Shown here piece by piece: positions 10,648-21,070 of a stretch of DNA of 64,000 nucleotides (position 1 is the first letter of the stretch; each line of letters opens with the position of its first letter). The DNA comes from Nitrospirales bacterium (GTDB taxonomy: Bacteria; Nitrospirota; Nitrospiria; Nitrospirales; UBA8639). The position numbers and the translations under genes were made by a program. The stretch spans positions 32,001 through 96,000 of the forward strand of contig OY820905.2 of the NCBI GenBank assembly GCA_963555755.3, given 5' to 3'. The notes beneath the pieces were generated by a model. It searched no databases and was not told where the DNA came from. It was given only the letters and a program-made list of their open reading frames with translations.

Positions 10648-11148
10648 TCAACACTTTGGTCCACTGACATCCGTAAAGCGAATGGCAATACCTTTTAGCG
10701 TTTTTACCGTATAGTCATAGGGAAGCGCCACCCCAGCGCCATATCCCATTCCAAATCCGGTGCCGTATCCCCATCCCGGATATCCGTAAGACCCCATTCC
10801 CCACGGACCGCCCACCACCGGACTGTCATAGATGACCCCATGTTCGATATGTTTTTCGGGTTTGGAAAATATCACCGCATCGGCGCCCAAAGCCGCAGCT
10901 TTTTTAAGAATTTGGAATTGTTCACTCCGATAATCAGCGGAAGCACTGTCATCAACACTCAATTGTGCAATGGCGATATGCGCACATGGAGGTTCCCGAT
11001 CAACAATTTCTACTTCCTGAATGGAACCCTTTGGGGGAAAGGTTTTATTCGTCAACAAAAAAATATCGACAGACGTACAACTTACTATCAGGAAGGCCAT
11101 TCCCAACAACACCATTGGGGATAAGGAAACCTGTCGAGGACTATCCAT
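10648..11148 (-). CDS. Putative lipoprotein
   Basis: Lipobox-like LIVSC; KKAAALGADAVIF motif; Gly/Tyr-rich segment. Confidence 0.7.
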   Translation of the reverse strand: MDSPRQVSLSPMVLLGMAFLIVSCTSVDIFLLTNKTFPPKGSIQEVEIVDREPPCAHIAIAQLSVDDSASADYRSEQFQILKKAAALGADAVIFSKPEKHIEHGVIYDSPVVGGPWGMGSYGYPGWGYGTGFGMGYGAGVALPYDYTVKTLKGIAIRFTDVSGPKC

Positions 11149-11162
11149 GAATGTTTCCCCTT

Positions 11163-11663
11163 TTATTGAAGATACCGGCCAATCATCTTCCCTTCTATTT
11201 GTAAACGCTGTTCTTCGATGGCATGTCGCTGGTGCCGGTAGGCCTCAAGATCATTTTCATATTGTTGCCGATGTTCCCTCCATTTTTTAAACAGATGTGA
11301 CTCACCTTGCCCCGTCTTCTGAACTTCCTTTAGCAGTCCCTCAGCAAATCGCAAGTGTGTCAGTTGAAGTTTCCACTGTTCCTCATGGAGTGTCCACCCT
11401 TTAAAATCTAAATCCCGAAGTTGTTGGATCAAGGAATCGTTCGTTTTAGGAGTTTCCCTTAAATGTAACATCCGGTTTTCAATCATAGAGATGTTTAACT
11501 GCAATTCGGCAATATGTCTCTCCAAATCTGAAATGATCATTTCGAGGGGACGAATATCAGATGAAGCCAGCGACATGCTACCTCCTCCAAGTGTTAGCGT
11601 CATGATCACTGCGAGCACGGTGGGTTTTGGCAACCGAATCATCTTCACCTCCATTCTTTTCAT
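11163..11663 (-). CDS. Exported coiled-coil hypothetical protein
   Basis: Signal-like N-terminus, heptad-rich body, co-oriented with the lipoprotein gene. Confidence 0.65.
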   Translation of the reverse strand: MKRMEVKMIRLPKPTVLAVIMTLTLGGGSMSLASSDIRPLEMIISDLERHIAELQLNISMIENRMLHLRETPKTNDSLIQQLRDLDFKGWTLHEEQWKLQLTHLRFAEGLLKEVQKTGQGESHLFKKWREHRQQYENDLEAYRHQRHAIEEQRLQIEGKMIGRYLQ

Positions 11664-11861
11664 TTATCCAGAAGACTACAATATTTCTGATTGTCGTGTG
11701 GCTTACAATCGTCTTCTTGATCTAAGGGTCTGTCAAAGATTAGACAGATCTCGTATGGTCAAAAAACTCATCCAGCCTTGCGGTATCTAAAAAACTCAAG
11801 TTTTTCAATGCGGACGAATTAATAGAAGGGACAAGTTTTTGACGAATAGCGCGAGCATTCT

Positions 11862-12719
11862 CTAATAGTTGTCTTTGTGATCCGTAAATTCCTGAAGTTT
11901 GTGCACAAAATCCTTCCTTTCGTGACGAGGGACCGGTGTTTCTTGGAGCCATTCGTACATCTCATGAAGATGCGCTTCGGTGATTTGCCAATGCCCGTCG
12001 CTATCATCAATAAGACTCGTGACGAGGGTAGAGTGAAATTGCTGGGCCGCACGGAGTACGCTCGCTGCCACCAACGGTGAGGTCACGAGGAGCCGCGTTT
12101 TCATGATTCTCAATACCTCGCAAAACGCCGCGGCCATCTCTCCCGCGCAAAAGTACGGATCATAGGTGTTTCGATTCGTCCAGCGTGTAATCTCATGGAA
12201 GGCTTTGCGGACTTCTTGACGTGTGACAGGAATAGCCGTGTTTGTCTCGAACGTGGGGTGCGTCGGCAGGCGACTATGGGGTCGCGACCACCCCCTTGAT
12301 TCAGAGGCCAGACGCAAGACGTCCAAATCAGCCTTGAGCGGAGAGGCAAACACGGGGTGAATCTGGGCTCGCGTGACCGGGGGAGGGGGAATCGTCTCCG
12401 TTTCAATGTCTTCTGTTGATGGCCGCGCTAGCCCACGCCATTCATCCCACACAATCGCGGTCGCCACCATGTGTTTACAGACATCCCCTTGATAGGGACA
12501 GGTGCAGCTTCTGCTCATCCCGTTGGCTGCAAACTTCAAATGAACCGCATAGGGCTTGGTGCCTTTTGCCACCGCGTCCGTTTCTTTTTCATCACGTTTG
12601 AGGAGGCTGACTTTATGGCTATTCGCATAGGCTTCCCCGCGACGCCATATGACTTCGGAGGTTTTATTGAGCAGTAAGTCGGTGGCGGATTTCACACTTT
12701 TTACATTTGTATGGCGCAT
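11862..12719 (-). CDS. SWIM zinc-finger protein
   Basis: WRRGEAY and SCTCPYQGDVCKHMVA (CxCx5CxH). Confidence 0.85.
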   Translation of the reverse strand: MRHTNVKSVKSATDLLLNKTSEVIWRRGEAYANSHKVSLLKRDEKETDAVAKGTKPYAVHLKFAANGMSRSCTCPYQGDVCKHMVATAIVWDEWRGLARPSTEDIETETIPPPPVTRAQIHPVFASPLKADLDVLRLASESRGWSRPHSRLPTHPTFETNTAIPVTRQEVRKAFHEITRWTNRNTYDPYFCAGEMAAAFCEVLRIMKTRLLVTSPLVAASVLRAAQQFHSTLVTSLIDDSDGHWQITEAHLHEMYEWLQETPVPRHERKDFVHKLQEFTDHKDNY

Positions 12720-12737
12720 TTCCCTCTCGTCAAAAAC

Positions 12738-12830
12738 TTATGCGGCCGCGCGGGAGTAGTATTTCAGCAACCCCCCAAGCCTTTCGCGAGAGTGAATCGA
12801 GTTCCCCTCTGAGTGCCCTTCACTGGCCAG
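12738..12830 (-). pseudogene. C-terminal stub of an integrase-core (DDE) transposase
   Basis: Manual translation ...IHSRERLGGLLKYYSRAAA*; cut by the 132-bp MITE. Confidence 0.6.
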
Positions 12831-12962
12831 GGTATTGTCAACTTAAGTGAATTTGACCAAAAATTGAGCAAAGCACGAATTCATAACTCATTGATTGTTC
12901 AGCATTCATGTTCCTGGCCCGAGGTAGAAAATCAGCTCAATTCGACTTAAGTTGACAATACC
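12831..12962. mobile_element. 132-bp MITE with IS6 type-A ends, copy 2
   Basis: Same length and IRs as 9532-9663. Confidence 0.9.
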
Positions 12963-13133
12963 TGAAAACCCTATCCGAGTGCTGTTGGCGTAGTTAAGTC
13001 ATTCGCCAAACGTCTGGTGCAAGACCAGCCGAAGAGCAGCCATGCTTGCTGCGCCTCGCCTTTGCGAGGGACGACATTCGGGACGCTTACACTCAGGCGA
13101 CACGGCGTCTGAAATGACTATGCGCACCGTGGT

Positions 13134-14243
13134 CTACCTACATTCGTAAAATGCGGTTATCTCACAGTAGTACGTCCCATCGGGGAGCTGCTCCTGATGG
13201 GTCACTATGTGGCTTGTGAACACGGCTGGGCAGCGGCTCGGGTAGATTCTGCGCGCGCCTGTGTTCGCTTGACGCAGGGCTGCTGCTTCCGCATGGGACG
13301 CCGTTGGTTCCCACCCGAATCCCTTCATGCGGAACGTTGAACCGCAGTTGGGGGGGGCCGCTGCTCCTCCGAGCGGGCTGTCGTAGGCGAACCCGGGCGA
13401 ATGGGGAGGTGTTGATGGCGGCGGCGTTGGGGCTGTGGACGTGGTGGACCCATCGGGACGCACGACAACCGTGTGTCCGCCTGGAGTCACGATGACTACG
13501 CTGCCATCGGGAAGCACAACGACCGTGTTGCCATCGCCAGGTGAAACGGTTCCGCCATTCGGAAGCGGAATCGGTGCGGAAGTTCCCCCGCCGGCGGCGG
13601 TGGGCGGTTTGTCCCCTGCCCCCGCTCCCTCATTTTCGTCCGATTCCCCTGACTCATCGTACGCTTTCATAACTGCGAGGGCAGTCAACGCAAACGGGAT
13701 GAGCGCGGGATCCGCGATTACGACCAAGACGAGAATCAGGATTGCGATGATCTTGAAGCCGATGACAGTGGCGGGATCGATCGCAGCCAGATCGATGCCG
13801 AATCCACCCAGCAGTGCTGCTTGGTTGATGCGGTCCATGGGCGCGAGCGTGGTCGGGTCGGCTATGGCACATCGCAGAAGCGCGTTAACTTCTTCCTGCG
13901 GCAGCGCCCTCACCCGATCGAAGAAATCGGTGTCGTCAAAATGGTTGAATCCCGCGGCACCACCCGCCAGGGTCCGCGCCTCAATTGCGTCAACGATTTC
14001 ACGCTGCCGCATGATCCCGTCCGTGATGAGCTTGATTGTCTCTTTGGACAACTCGCCCTTCAGGCTCGTTGTCAGCAGAAGTTTGGCCAGCCGGTTCAAA
14101 CGGCTGGCAGCCAGAGACATCGCCGCATAGTTTTCAGGGTGTTTGATTAAACATGGCCCCAAATCAGCGAACGTCACAAGCACATCGGCATATGACTTCA
14201 ACCACTCGGGCGCATTGCCCGCTTGACCTGATTTAGCTGGCAT
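13134..14243 (-). CDS. Hypothetical membrane protein with a Pro/Gly-rich linker and Cys-containing C-terminal domain
   Basis: 369-aa ORF; hydrophobic IIAILILVLVVIA segment; VVVxPDGS repeats. Confidence 0.65.
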   Translation of the reverse strand: MPAKSGQAGNAPEWLKSYADVLVTFADLGPCLIKHPENYAAMSLAASRLNRLAKLLLTTSLKGELSKETIKLITDGIMRQREIVDAIEARTLAGGAAGFNHFDDTDFFDRVRALPQEEVNALLRCAIADPTTLAPMDRINQAALLGGFGIDLAAIDPATVIGFKIIAILILVLVVIADPALIPFALTALAVMKAYDESGESDENEGAGAGDKPPTAAGGGTSAPIPLPNGGTVSPGDGNTVVVLPDGSVVIVTPGGHTVVVRPDGSTTSTAPTPPPSTPPHSPGFAYDSPLGGAAAPPNCGSTFRMKGFGWEPTASHAEAAALRQANTGARRIYPSRCPAVFTSHIVTHQEQLPDGTYYCEITAFYECR

Positions 14244-14291
14244 CCTGTTTACTGCCTTAGATTTCGTAAATTACCTGGGCATCGACTTAGG

Positions 14292-14554
14292 TCATCGCAC
14301 GAACTCGACCAAAACCTCTCCAAGGTCTCCCGGCCGCGAATTGATGTGGATTCGGCACAGCTTTGAAACCACCCTGGTCCTCACGCCCTCGCCGAATGAG
14401 CGTATGCCGCTATCGAACTGAATGTCAATCTTTGGAACGGTCGTTCCTGAACCTCCGATGATGCCTGTGAACGTAACGTACCACTCGTGCACGTTTCCGT
14501 CGTTGGGGTACAACGTTTGCCACTCACAGTGGACAAGGCGGTATTCCTTCGGAG
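14292..14554 (-). pseudogene. 3' fragment of a hypothetical gene cut by IS6
   Basis: ORF abuts the IS6 IR and lies just upstream of 13134-14243. Confidence 0.4.
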
Positions 14555-15347
14555 GGTATTGTCAACTTAACGATCGATGGGCAAATTGAACCAGCTAAGT
14601 CAAGCTGCTTATGCGCACACCGCTTCCTCCCAGACCTGAAAGGCCTGGGTGCGCAACAGTCGATAATGGACCGCCTGCATGAGGTGGCGGCCAAGACGAA
14701 AGAGATTCTGGGTGAGTCCGTGTAACGTCAAAAACCGTTGAGCGTGAGTTGCTGAAGAAAACCCTCGCATATGATATTCTTGTTGCCGCGTGGGTTGGTG
14801 TGACACTTCAACTCGGGTATTCGCGTGGACCGCATTGATATGCTCGACGGTCGGCATGACGACCCGGTGTGCGGCGCCGTAGCTTTTGAGTGTGTCGGTA
14901 ATCATCCAGCGCGGCTCCGGGCCTTGGCCTTTCAGTAAGCGGCGGAAGACGCGCACCGCCGCGTGTTTATTGCGTCGGCGTTGCACCAACATATCAATGG
15001 TATCGCCGTCTTGATCCACGGCTCGCCAGAGATACTGCTGTTCGCCTTGGATGGACACAAACACTTCATCCAGATGCCACGTATCACCAAGACGACCTTG
15101 TCGCTTCTTCAATTTCCGCGCATAGGCTGGCCCAAATTTCTGGCACCATTGCCGAATGGTCTCATACGTGACGGTGATGCCCCGTTCGGCCAGCAATTCT
15201 TCGACTTCACGGAAACTGAGGCAGAAACGATGGTACAACCAGACGGCATGGCTAATAATTTCAGAGGGAAAACGGTGACGTTGGTAGCTGGGTGGTTTAT
15301 TTTTCATACAGTCCAGTCTGCCAAGTGCAACTTAAATTGACAATACC
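14555..15347 (-). mobile_element. IS6-family IS, type A copy 3
   Basis: Same IRs and 793-bp length. Confidence 0.95.
14609..15307 (-). CDS. IS6-family transposase
   Basis: Close homolog of 568-1266. Confidence 0.95.
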   Translation of the reverse strand: MKNKPPSYQRHRFPSEIISHAVWLYHRFCLSFREVEELLAERGITVTYETIRQWCQKFGPAYARKLKKRQGRLGDTWHLDEVFVSIQGEQQYLWRAVDQDGDTIDMLVQRRRNKHAAVRVFRRLLKGQGPEPRWMITDTLKSYGAAHRVVMPTVEHINAVHANTRVEVSHQPTRQQEYHMRGFSSATHAQRFLTLHGLTQNLFRLGRHLMQAVHYRLLRTQAFQVWEEAVCA

Positions 15348-15358
15348 AATTGAACCTC

Positions 15359-15970
15359 ATGAATAAACTGCTGCCCGGCATTTATCACTGGCGAGTTTCT
15401 CACCCCGACATTCACATCGAGGTCGACAGCTACTACGTCTCGGCCCTGAGGCTGGCGTTTCTCATTGATCCACTGGCGCCTCAGGAAGGCATGGAGTGGT
15501 TCAGGGTGCGTCCCGTCCCGGCGCACATTTATCTGACCAATCGGCTCCATGATCGCCACTGCCAGCGGTTCATCGAGTCCTTCGGCGTAACGGTCTGGTG
15601 CCATGAGGCTGGGTTGCATGAGTTTGCCGACGGCAGCCTTGACGTCACCGCTTTCCGGCACGGTGATAAATTACCAGGTGGTGTGCGCGCTCTTGAAGTC
15701 AGCGTGCTCTGCCCCGAAGAGACGGCTCTTCTACTTCCCACCGCCGGCGGGGTGCTTTCAATCGGTGATGCGATTATCAACGAAGACGGTGAGCTCGGCT
15801 TTGTGCCCGACTCGCTAGTTGGTGATGACCCACCCGCGATCAAGCGTGGCCTGAAAGCATCGCTCCTGCGGATTTGTGAGCAGGAGACGTTCGATCATCT
15901 GTTGTTCGCCCACGGCAACCCCATCATTGGTGGAGGCAAAGAAGCGCTCCGCACTTTCTGCCGGCGGTAA
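15359..15970 (+). CDS. Metallo-beta-lactamase-fold hydrolase-like protein
   Basis: LIDP, IYLTNRLHDRH, SIGDAI and LLFAHG motifs. Confidence 0.7.
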   Translation: MNKLLPGIYHWRVSHPDIHIEVDSYYVSALRLAFLIDPLAPQEGMEWFRVRPVPAHIYLTNRLHDRHCQRFIESFGVTVWCHEAGLHEFADGSLDVTAFRHGDKLPGGVRALEVSVLCPEETALLLPTAGGVLSIGDAIINEDGELGFVPDSLVGDDPPAIKRGLKASLLRICEQETFDHLLFAHGNPIIGGGKEALRTFCRR

Positions 15971-16140
15971 GCCATGAGCAACTCGGGTGCTGACAGTTTC
16001 GGCTATTCCAAATATAAGTGTCATAAACATGTTTTCCTGAAAGGCCTGACCTGCATTGGTGTTTTACGTAAGGAAAGGGATTAGGGTAAGTGGAATGAAA
16101 GTGTAGACCTATAGAATTGATGGGGGAGTATTTATTCCTT

Positions 16141-16394
16141 TCATGCCTTTGATTCCTCAACCGTGACACCATAGAAATCTCGACTTATCACATGCCGTTC
16201 TCCTGTTGTGGTGCCGGCTCGTACGATCTGCGTGGTTTTGAACTCTGTTTCAGCCGCCGCATTTAGCTCAGCTTCCACATCAGACAGAAAGAGGATTTCC
16301 TCTGATGGTAGGCCTACTTCCTCACGGATTTTCTCATAGGCGCGTTTCTCTCGCTTTCCCCCCACTCTGGTGTCAAAAAAGTGAGAGAAATAGG
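16141..16394 (-). pseudogene. mtnC: C-terminal fragment of enolase-phosphatase E1 (HAD), cut by the MITE
   Basis: YFSHFFDTRVGGKRE...EILFLSDVEAELNAA; upstream part replaced by the MITE. Confidence 0.75.
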
Positions 16395-16546
16395 GGTTCT
16401 GTCGCAAATAGCAAAACTGTGAGAAACCATACAGGTTTTCATCTCGTCCCAGGTGAGAAAACCCCAGCAAAATTGACCATTTTCGTTTTGGCAACACAGA
16501 GAAATTCGCTCTTTTTTCCTTCAAAAATATTTTTTGCGACAGAACC
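16395..16546. mobile_element. 152-bp MITE with IS6 type-B ends, copy 3 (diverged)
   Basis: GGTTCTGTCGCAAA...TTTGCGACAGAACC; same length as copies 1 and 2. Confidence 0.85.
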
Positions 16547-16798
16547 TTTGTAACCCCCTTTCCCAGAGAGCATTGTTGTGATGAGCGCAATTCGGCCAAA
16601 ATCTCTCTGGGTGCCACAACTACCAGCACAGTGGCACCGCCAAAATCCTGTCAGAGAAAACGGCATGAATATGGGCAATTGATGAGGGTGATGATCGCTG
16701 GAGAGAGCGTCAAGCATGGCTCCAAGGGAGCCTAACCTGCCGACTTGTTAGGAGTATTTTGGGAATGCGGAGAGAGGCCCATTTTGCGGTAGACTGGT

Positions 16799-16886
16799 TG
16801 GCGGAGGGGGTGGGATTCGAACCCACGGTGGCTTGCACCACGCCGGTTTTCAAGACCGGTCTATTCGTCCACTCTAGCACCCCTCC
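16799..16886 (-). tRNA. tRNA-Ser(TGA)
   Basis: Cloverleaf with long variable arm; anticodon arm CCGGT-CTTGAAA-ACCGG; GGTTCGAATCC; encoded CCA. Confidence 0.97.
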
Positions 16887-16898
16887 TCAACATTCTTA

Positions 16899-17054
16899 GG
16901 GTTCGCGCAAGAATACCTTCCCATGTTTGGGCATCGACCCATCCTGTCTGGCGGCGTGGCTCGTCCCTCCATACGAGGAGTATGCGCAGCCCTCGCGCCT
17001 TGCCAGACAGGGGCCTCAGCACCCAAACATGGGAAGGTATTCTTGCGCGAACCC
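16899..17054. mobile_element. MITE family B (~157 bp)
   Basis: IRs GGGTTCGCGCAAGAATACCTTCCC; TTA on both sides; other copies at 37021, 43235 and 49769. Confidence 0.9.
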
Positions 17055-17285
17055 TTATTGCACAGTTTCTTCGATGAGAAACCAACCCTTCTTTTTCATG
17101 CACACGTCAAAGCCTGCTTGTCCGCCTAATCCGGCGATGCCTTGGTCCTCCTCGCATTCGGATTGGGCTCGTTCAAATTCGCCTGGTGGCGCCCCGGGTT
17201 TGGACCAGGAGGTTTGAATGGTGGGCAGTGAACAGGCCGCGATGAACATGGTTCCTATCATAAGGAAGAAAATTGTGTGTTTCAT
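17055..17285 (-). CDS. Small lipoprotein
   Basis: Lipobox FIAAC; WSKPGA...QSEC...FDVCMKKKGW. Confidence 0.75.
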   Translation of the reverse strand: MKHTIFFLMIGTMFIAACSLPTIQTSWSKPGAPPGEFERAQSECEEDQGIAGLGGQAGFDVCMKKKGWFLIEETVQ

Positions 17286-17362
17286 GTGTTCACCTTGTTG
17301 TGCTGAATAGTTTATTATTTTCGAGTTAGCCCTGGTGTAAAGGCTACGGGATTGGGATCGAA

Positions 17363-18643
17363 TTACGTTTTGGGTGGTGTCATGATTTCGACGCCATACA
17401 TATACGGTTGAAGGGCTTTGGGAATTCTGACAGATCCATCCTCTTCCTGGTAGTTTTCCAATATTGCCACGACCGTTCGTCCGAGAGCCACACCCGACCC
17501 ATTGAGTGTGTGAACCGGTTGGACTTTTCCACCCTGAGGACGATAGCGGATATTGGCGCGGTGGGCTTGGAAGGCTTCAAAATTGCTGCAGGAGGAAATC
17601 TCTCGATACTTCCCTTGAGACGGCAGCCACACTTCCAGGTCATAGGTTTTCGCTGCGGAGAAACCCATGTCGCCGGCACAGAGCGTCATGGTTCGATAGG
17701 GCAATTCGAGCGATTGGAGAATCGATTCAGCGGAATTCGTGATGCGCTCGAGTTCTTCATAGGACAGGTCGGGTTTGGTGAAGACGACGAGCTCCACTTT
17801 ATGAAATTGGTGCATCCGAATCAGTCCGCGGGTATCTTGCCCATAGGAGCCGGCCTCCCGACGAAAACAGGGGGTGTGGGCGACATGCCGAATGGGAAGG
17901 GCGGATTCTGGGAGAATTTCATCCCGATACATATTGGTCACGGGCACTTCGGCCGTGGGAATCAGAAAGAAATCGTCGTCTTTGAGTTGAAAGAGATCGC
18001 TTTCAAATTTTGGCAATTGACCGGTCCCGATCATAGATGCCCGATTGACTAAATAGGGCGGTAACACCTCAGAATACCCATGGGCTTGAATGTGAACATC
18101 CAACATAAAGGTGGCTAATGCGCGTTCAAGCTGAGCACCGAGGCCCAGGACAATGGCAAATCGAGCGCCGGCGATTTTACTAGCCCGTTCGAAATCCAAA
18201 ATGCCAAGGTTTTCCCCGAGTTCCCAATGCGGTTTCGGTTTATAGGAAAAAACCGGAATCTCGCCCCAGCGGCGCACTTCGACATTGTCGCTCTCCTGAG
18301 CCCCTTTGGGAACGGTATGATGGGGGATATTGGGGATTCGGAGCGCGTGGTTTTCGAGTTCCTGTTCGACGGTGCGGAGCTGTTCTTCCTGTGTTTTGAT
18401 ATGGTCGCCCACGGCTCGCATCGATGCCATGGCATCGTCCGCGGGTTGTTTGTTTCGCTTGAGTTGTGCCACCTCTTCCGAGCCCTTTTTCCGTTGATGC
18501 CGAAGGGCTTCCACCTGGGAAATCATGTCGCTTCGGGTGTGGAGTAATTTCTCCAATTCTGCCCAGGCGACATCGGCCCCTCGGGGGCCGAGTTGGTTTC
18601 GGATGGAGTCGAATTGATCTCGCAATGTCCGGAGGTCGTACAT
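17363..18643 (-). CDS. serS: Serine--tRNA ligase
   Basis: [33 protein letters not shown]; start placed at MYDLRTLR. Confidence 0.98.
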   Translation of the reverse strand: MYDLRTLRDQFDSIRNQLGPRGADVAWAELEKLLHTRSDMISQVEALRHQRKKGSEEVAQLKRNKQPADDAMASMRAVGDHIKTQEEQLRTVEQELENHALRIPNIPHHTVPKGAQESDNVEVRRWGEIPVFSYKPKPHWELGENLGILDFERASKIAGARFAIVLGLGAQLERALATFMLDVHIQAHGYSEVLPPYLVNRASMIGTGQLPKFESDLFQLKDDDFFLIPTAEVPVTNMYRDEILPESALPIRHVAHTPCFRREAGSYGQDTRGLIRMHQFHKVELVVFTKPDLSYEELERITNSAESILQSLELPYRTMTLCAGDMGFSAAKTYDLEVWLPSQGKYREISSCSNFEAFQAHRANIRYRPQGGKVQPVHTLNGSGVALGRTVVAILENYQEEDGSVRIPKALQPYMYGVEIMTPPKT

Positions 18644-18764
18644 ACGGTTGAACTCAAGTTGTTGAAATTGTGGTTGAAATTTAGCAGTTGTCTCAAAGGC
18701 AGTCAACGCAAGGGCGGACGTGGTCTACTTGCGAATGTAGGAGGATTTCACCTACTCTCACGGT

Positions 18765-18938
18765 ATGGAATATGTGTTTCCCTATGAAAATATGTTTGTC
18801 GGTGGGGTGGTCATGTTGATCGTGGTGCTGCTGATTGTGCGTGTGAAAGTGGTACGACAGCGTCGAATGGGAACCCGTGAAGTTGATCAAGCAGGTGTAA
18901 CCATCGAACAGACAAAAGGTCGTCCCCCGCTGATTTGA
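18765..18938 (+). CDS. Possible 57-aa single-pass membrane protein (below the ORF-track size cutoff)
   Basis: Manual translation MEYVFPYENMFVGGVVMLIVVLLIVRVKVVRQRR...; hydrophobic helix followed by a basic cluster. Confidence 0.4.
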   Translation: MEYVFPYENMFVGGVVMLIVVLLIVRVKVVRQRRMGTREVDQAGVTIEQTKGRPPLI

Positions 18939-18994
18939 TCTTTCCTGAATCCAACCCCTATAATCGGCCTCTTTTTTACCATGGAGTGTATTGA

Positions 18995-19732
18995 ATGAAT
19001 GGTGCAGCACGGTTACAACGGACGGATGGACGTCGGCGTGATGAAATTCGACCCGTCAATGTGACGCGTCCGTTTATTAAGCATGCGGATGGGTCGGTCC
19101 TCATGGAAATGGGTGACACGAAAGTGATTTGTACGGCGTCGATTGAAGAAAAAGTTCCCCCATTTTTGAGAAACAAAGGTCAAGGATGGGTGACGGCTGA
19201 GTATGCCATGTTACCGCGTGCCACACATCAGCGGACGCCACGCGAAGCTTCTCGAGGTAAACAAAGTGGTCGGACTCTGGAAATTCAGCGACTCGTGGGC
19301 CGAGCCCTTCGTGCAGTGACGGATATGACTGCGATGGGTGAACGTACTATTTGGATTGACTGCGATGTCATTCAAGCCGATGGCGGCACGCGGACGGCTT
19401 CTATTACCGGAGCGTTTATTGCATTGGCCGATGCCTTTGCCCAACTCAAGGACAAAAAGATAATCCCCGCCATTCCGTTGACTGATTACCTTGCCGCCAT
19501 AAGTGTCGGGAAGGTTGGCGGGGAGTCTTTAGTGGATCTGTGTTATGAAGAAGATTCCATGGCTGAGGTGGATATGAATCTAGTCATGACCGGGCAGGGT
19601 CGTTTGGTGGAAGTCCAAGGCACCGCTGAGCGGGGAACATTCGGGAAGGATGACCTGGATGAATTTTTGGCATTGGGCTGGGATGGCATTCAACGATTGG
19701 TCAAAATGCAAAAAGATCTGGTCACGATATAG
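18995..19732 (+). CDS. rph: Ribonuclease PH
   Basis: [47 protein letters not shown]. Confidence 0.98.
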   Translation: MNGAARLQRTDGRRRDEIRPVNVTRPFIKHADGSVLMEMGDTKVICTASIEEKVPPFLRNKGQGWVTAEYAMLPRATHQRTPREASRGKQSGRTLEIQRLVGRALRAVTDMTAMGERTIWIDCDVIQADGGTRTASITGAFIALADAFAQLKDKKIIPAIPLTDYLAAISVGKVGGESLVDLCYEEDSMAEVDMNLVMTGQGRLVEVQGTAERGTFGKDDLDEFLALGWDGIQRLVKMQKDLVTI

Positions 19733-19738
19733 GGGCGC

Positions 19739-20345
19739 GTGGTGGAATTGGTTCTTGCAACAGGCAATCCTGATAAACAAAAGGAAATAGTCGCGTTATT
19801 GGGTGATTTGCCAATCACCTTTCGAACCCTCAACGAGTTTGAGCCTCTTCCTCCAATCATCGAAGATGGAGAAACTTGCGAAGCCAATGCCATAAAAAAG
19901 GCGACCGTGATTGCCAATCATACAGGCCTGTTAGCCTTAGCCGATGATACCGGGCTTGAGGTCGATGCGTTGGGTGGGCGACCGGGAGTCTACGCGGCAC
20001 GATACGCCGGGGAGCATGCCACCTATCAAGACAATTGCCGGAAATTACTTGAGGAACTTCAAGGCGTTCCTGTTGGAAAGCGGGCCGCGCGGTTTCTCAC
20101 GGTGATCGTCCTTGCCGAACCAACTGATTCGGTCGATGTGGTCGAGGGGGTGTTGGACGGAACGATTGCCGACACTGTTTCCGGCGTCGATGGCTTTGGG
20201 TATGACGCCGTATTTGTCGTTCCCGAGTTAGGCAAAACACTGGCCCAGATCACACTTGAAGAAAAGAATCAAATCAGTCATCGTGGCCGAGCCCTGGCAA
20301 AAGTCAAGGACGTGTTGCGACAGAAGATCCAACAGAGCATCGAGT

Positions 20346-20368
<23 letters not shown>
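19739..20368 (+). CDS. rdgB: dITP/XTP pyrophosphatase (Ham1 family)
   Basis: [43 protein letters not shown]; follows rph. Confidence 0.96.
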
Positions 20369-20423
<55 letters not shown>

Positions 20424-20502
20424 TTTCATACTTCCTCATCTTGATCGGGCTTGGCCATGGTCGCTCGAATCATCAACGTTGATACCCACTCTGTTCTTGT
20501 GT

Positions 20503-20579
20503 GCGCCCGTAGCTCAGTTGGATAGAGCATCGGCCTTCTAAGCCGAGGGTCGCAGGTTCAATTCCTGCCGGGCGCGCCA
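20503..20579 (+). tRNA. tRNA-Arg(TCT)
   Basis: Anticodon arm TCGGC-CTTCTAA-GCCGA; CCA. Confidence 0.97.
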
Positions 20580-20701
20580 AATGAATCAATAAAAACACTA
20601 TGTTATGTGTTAAGTTTCGGGACGGCTTGAATTGATGAAAACGTTGGGTTACTGAAAAAGTTATTGGCTGTCTTTGTGACATCTGACCCCAGGTTGTGTG
20701 A

Positions 20702-20740
20702 GTGCGCATTCTCTTCGATCAGGGAACTCCGGTTCCTTTG
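20702..20740 (+). pseudogene. 5' stub of a PIN-like (DUF5615-type) toxin gene
   Basis: MRILFDQGTPVPL start motif, after which resemblance is lost. Confidence 0.45.
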
Positions 20741-20746
20741 TACAAG

Positions 20747-21055
20747 CTAAGCAGAAACCAAATCCCCCTTAAATGGCTTCACCTTAATCTGTTTAGCGCG
20801 CTCATCAATGTGGGCCAAATCATATTGATGCTGGACCCGCATCCACCCATCAGCAGTCCCGCCAAAGGCTTTGGCCAGCCGGATTGCCATATCCATGGAC
20901 AAATCCGACCGTTCATTGATCAGAGCACTTAATGCTGTGCGGGACACCCCAAGCACTTTAGCTGCTTCCGTGACACTCAAGCCAAATGGTTCTAAGCAGG
21001 CCACCCGTACACCTAGACCGGGATGTGCTGGATTTTTCATTTTTGACTTCTTCAT
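20747..21055 (-). CDS. higA: HigA-family antitoxin
   Basis: NPAHPG...LSVTEAAKVLGVSRTALSALIN...MAIRLAKAFG. Confidence 0.9.
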   Translation of the reverse strand: MKKSKMKNPAHPGLGVRVACLEPFGLSVTEAAKVLGVSRTALSALINERSDLSMDMAIRLAKAFGGTADGWMRVQHQYDLAHIDERAKQIKVKPFKGDLVSA

Positions 21056-21070
21056 CGTTCTACCCTTTCT

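Noticed and set aside
16141..16629. 162-aa ORF as an intact gene
   Set aside because: It is a read-through of MITE sequence into an mtnC fragment
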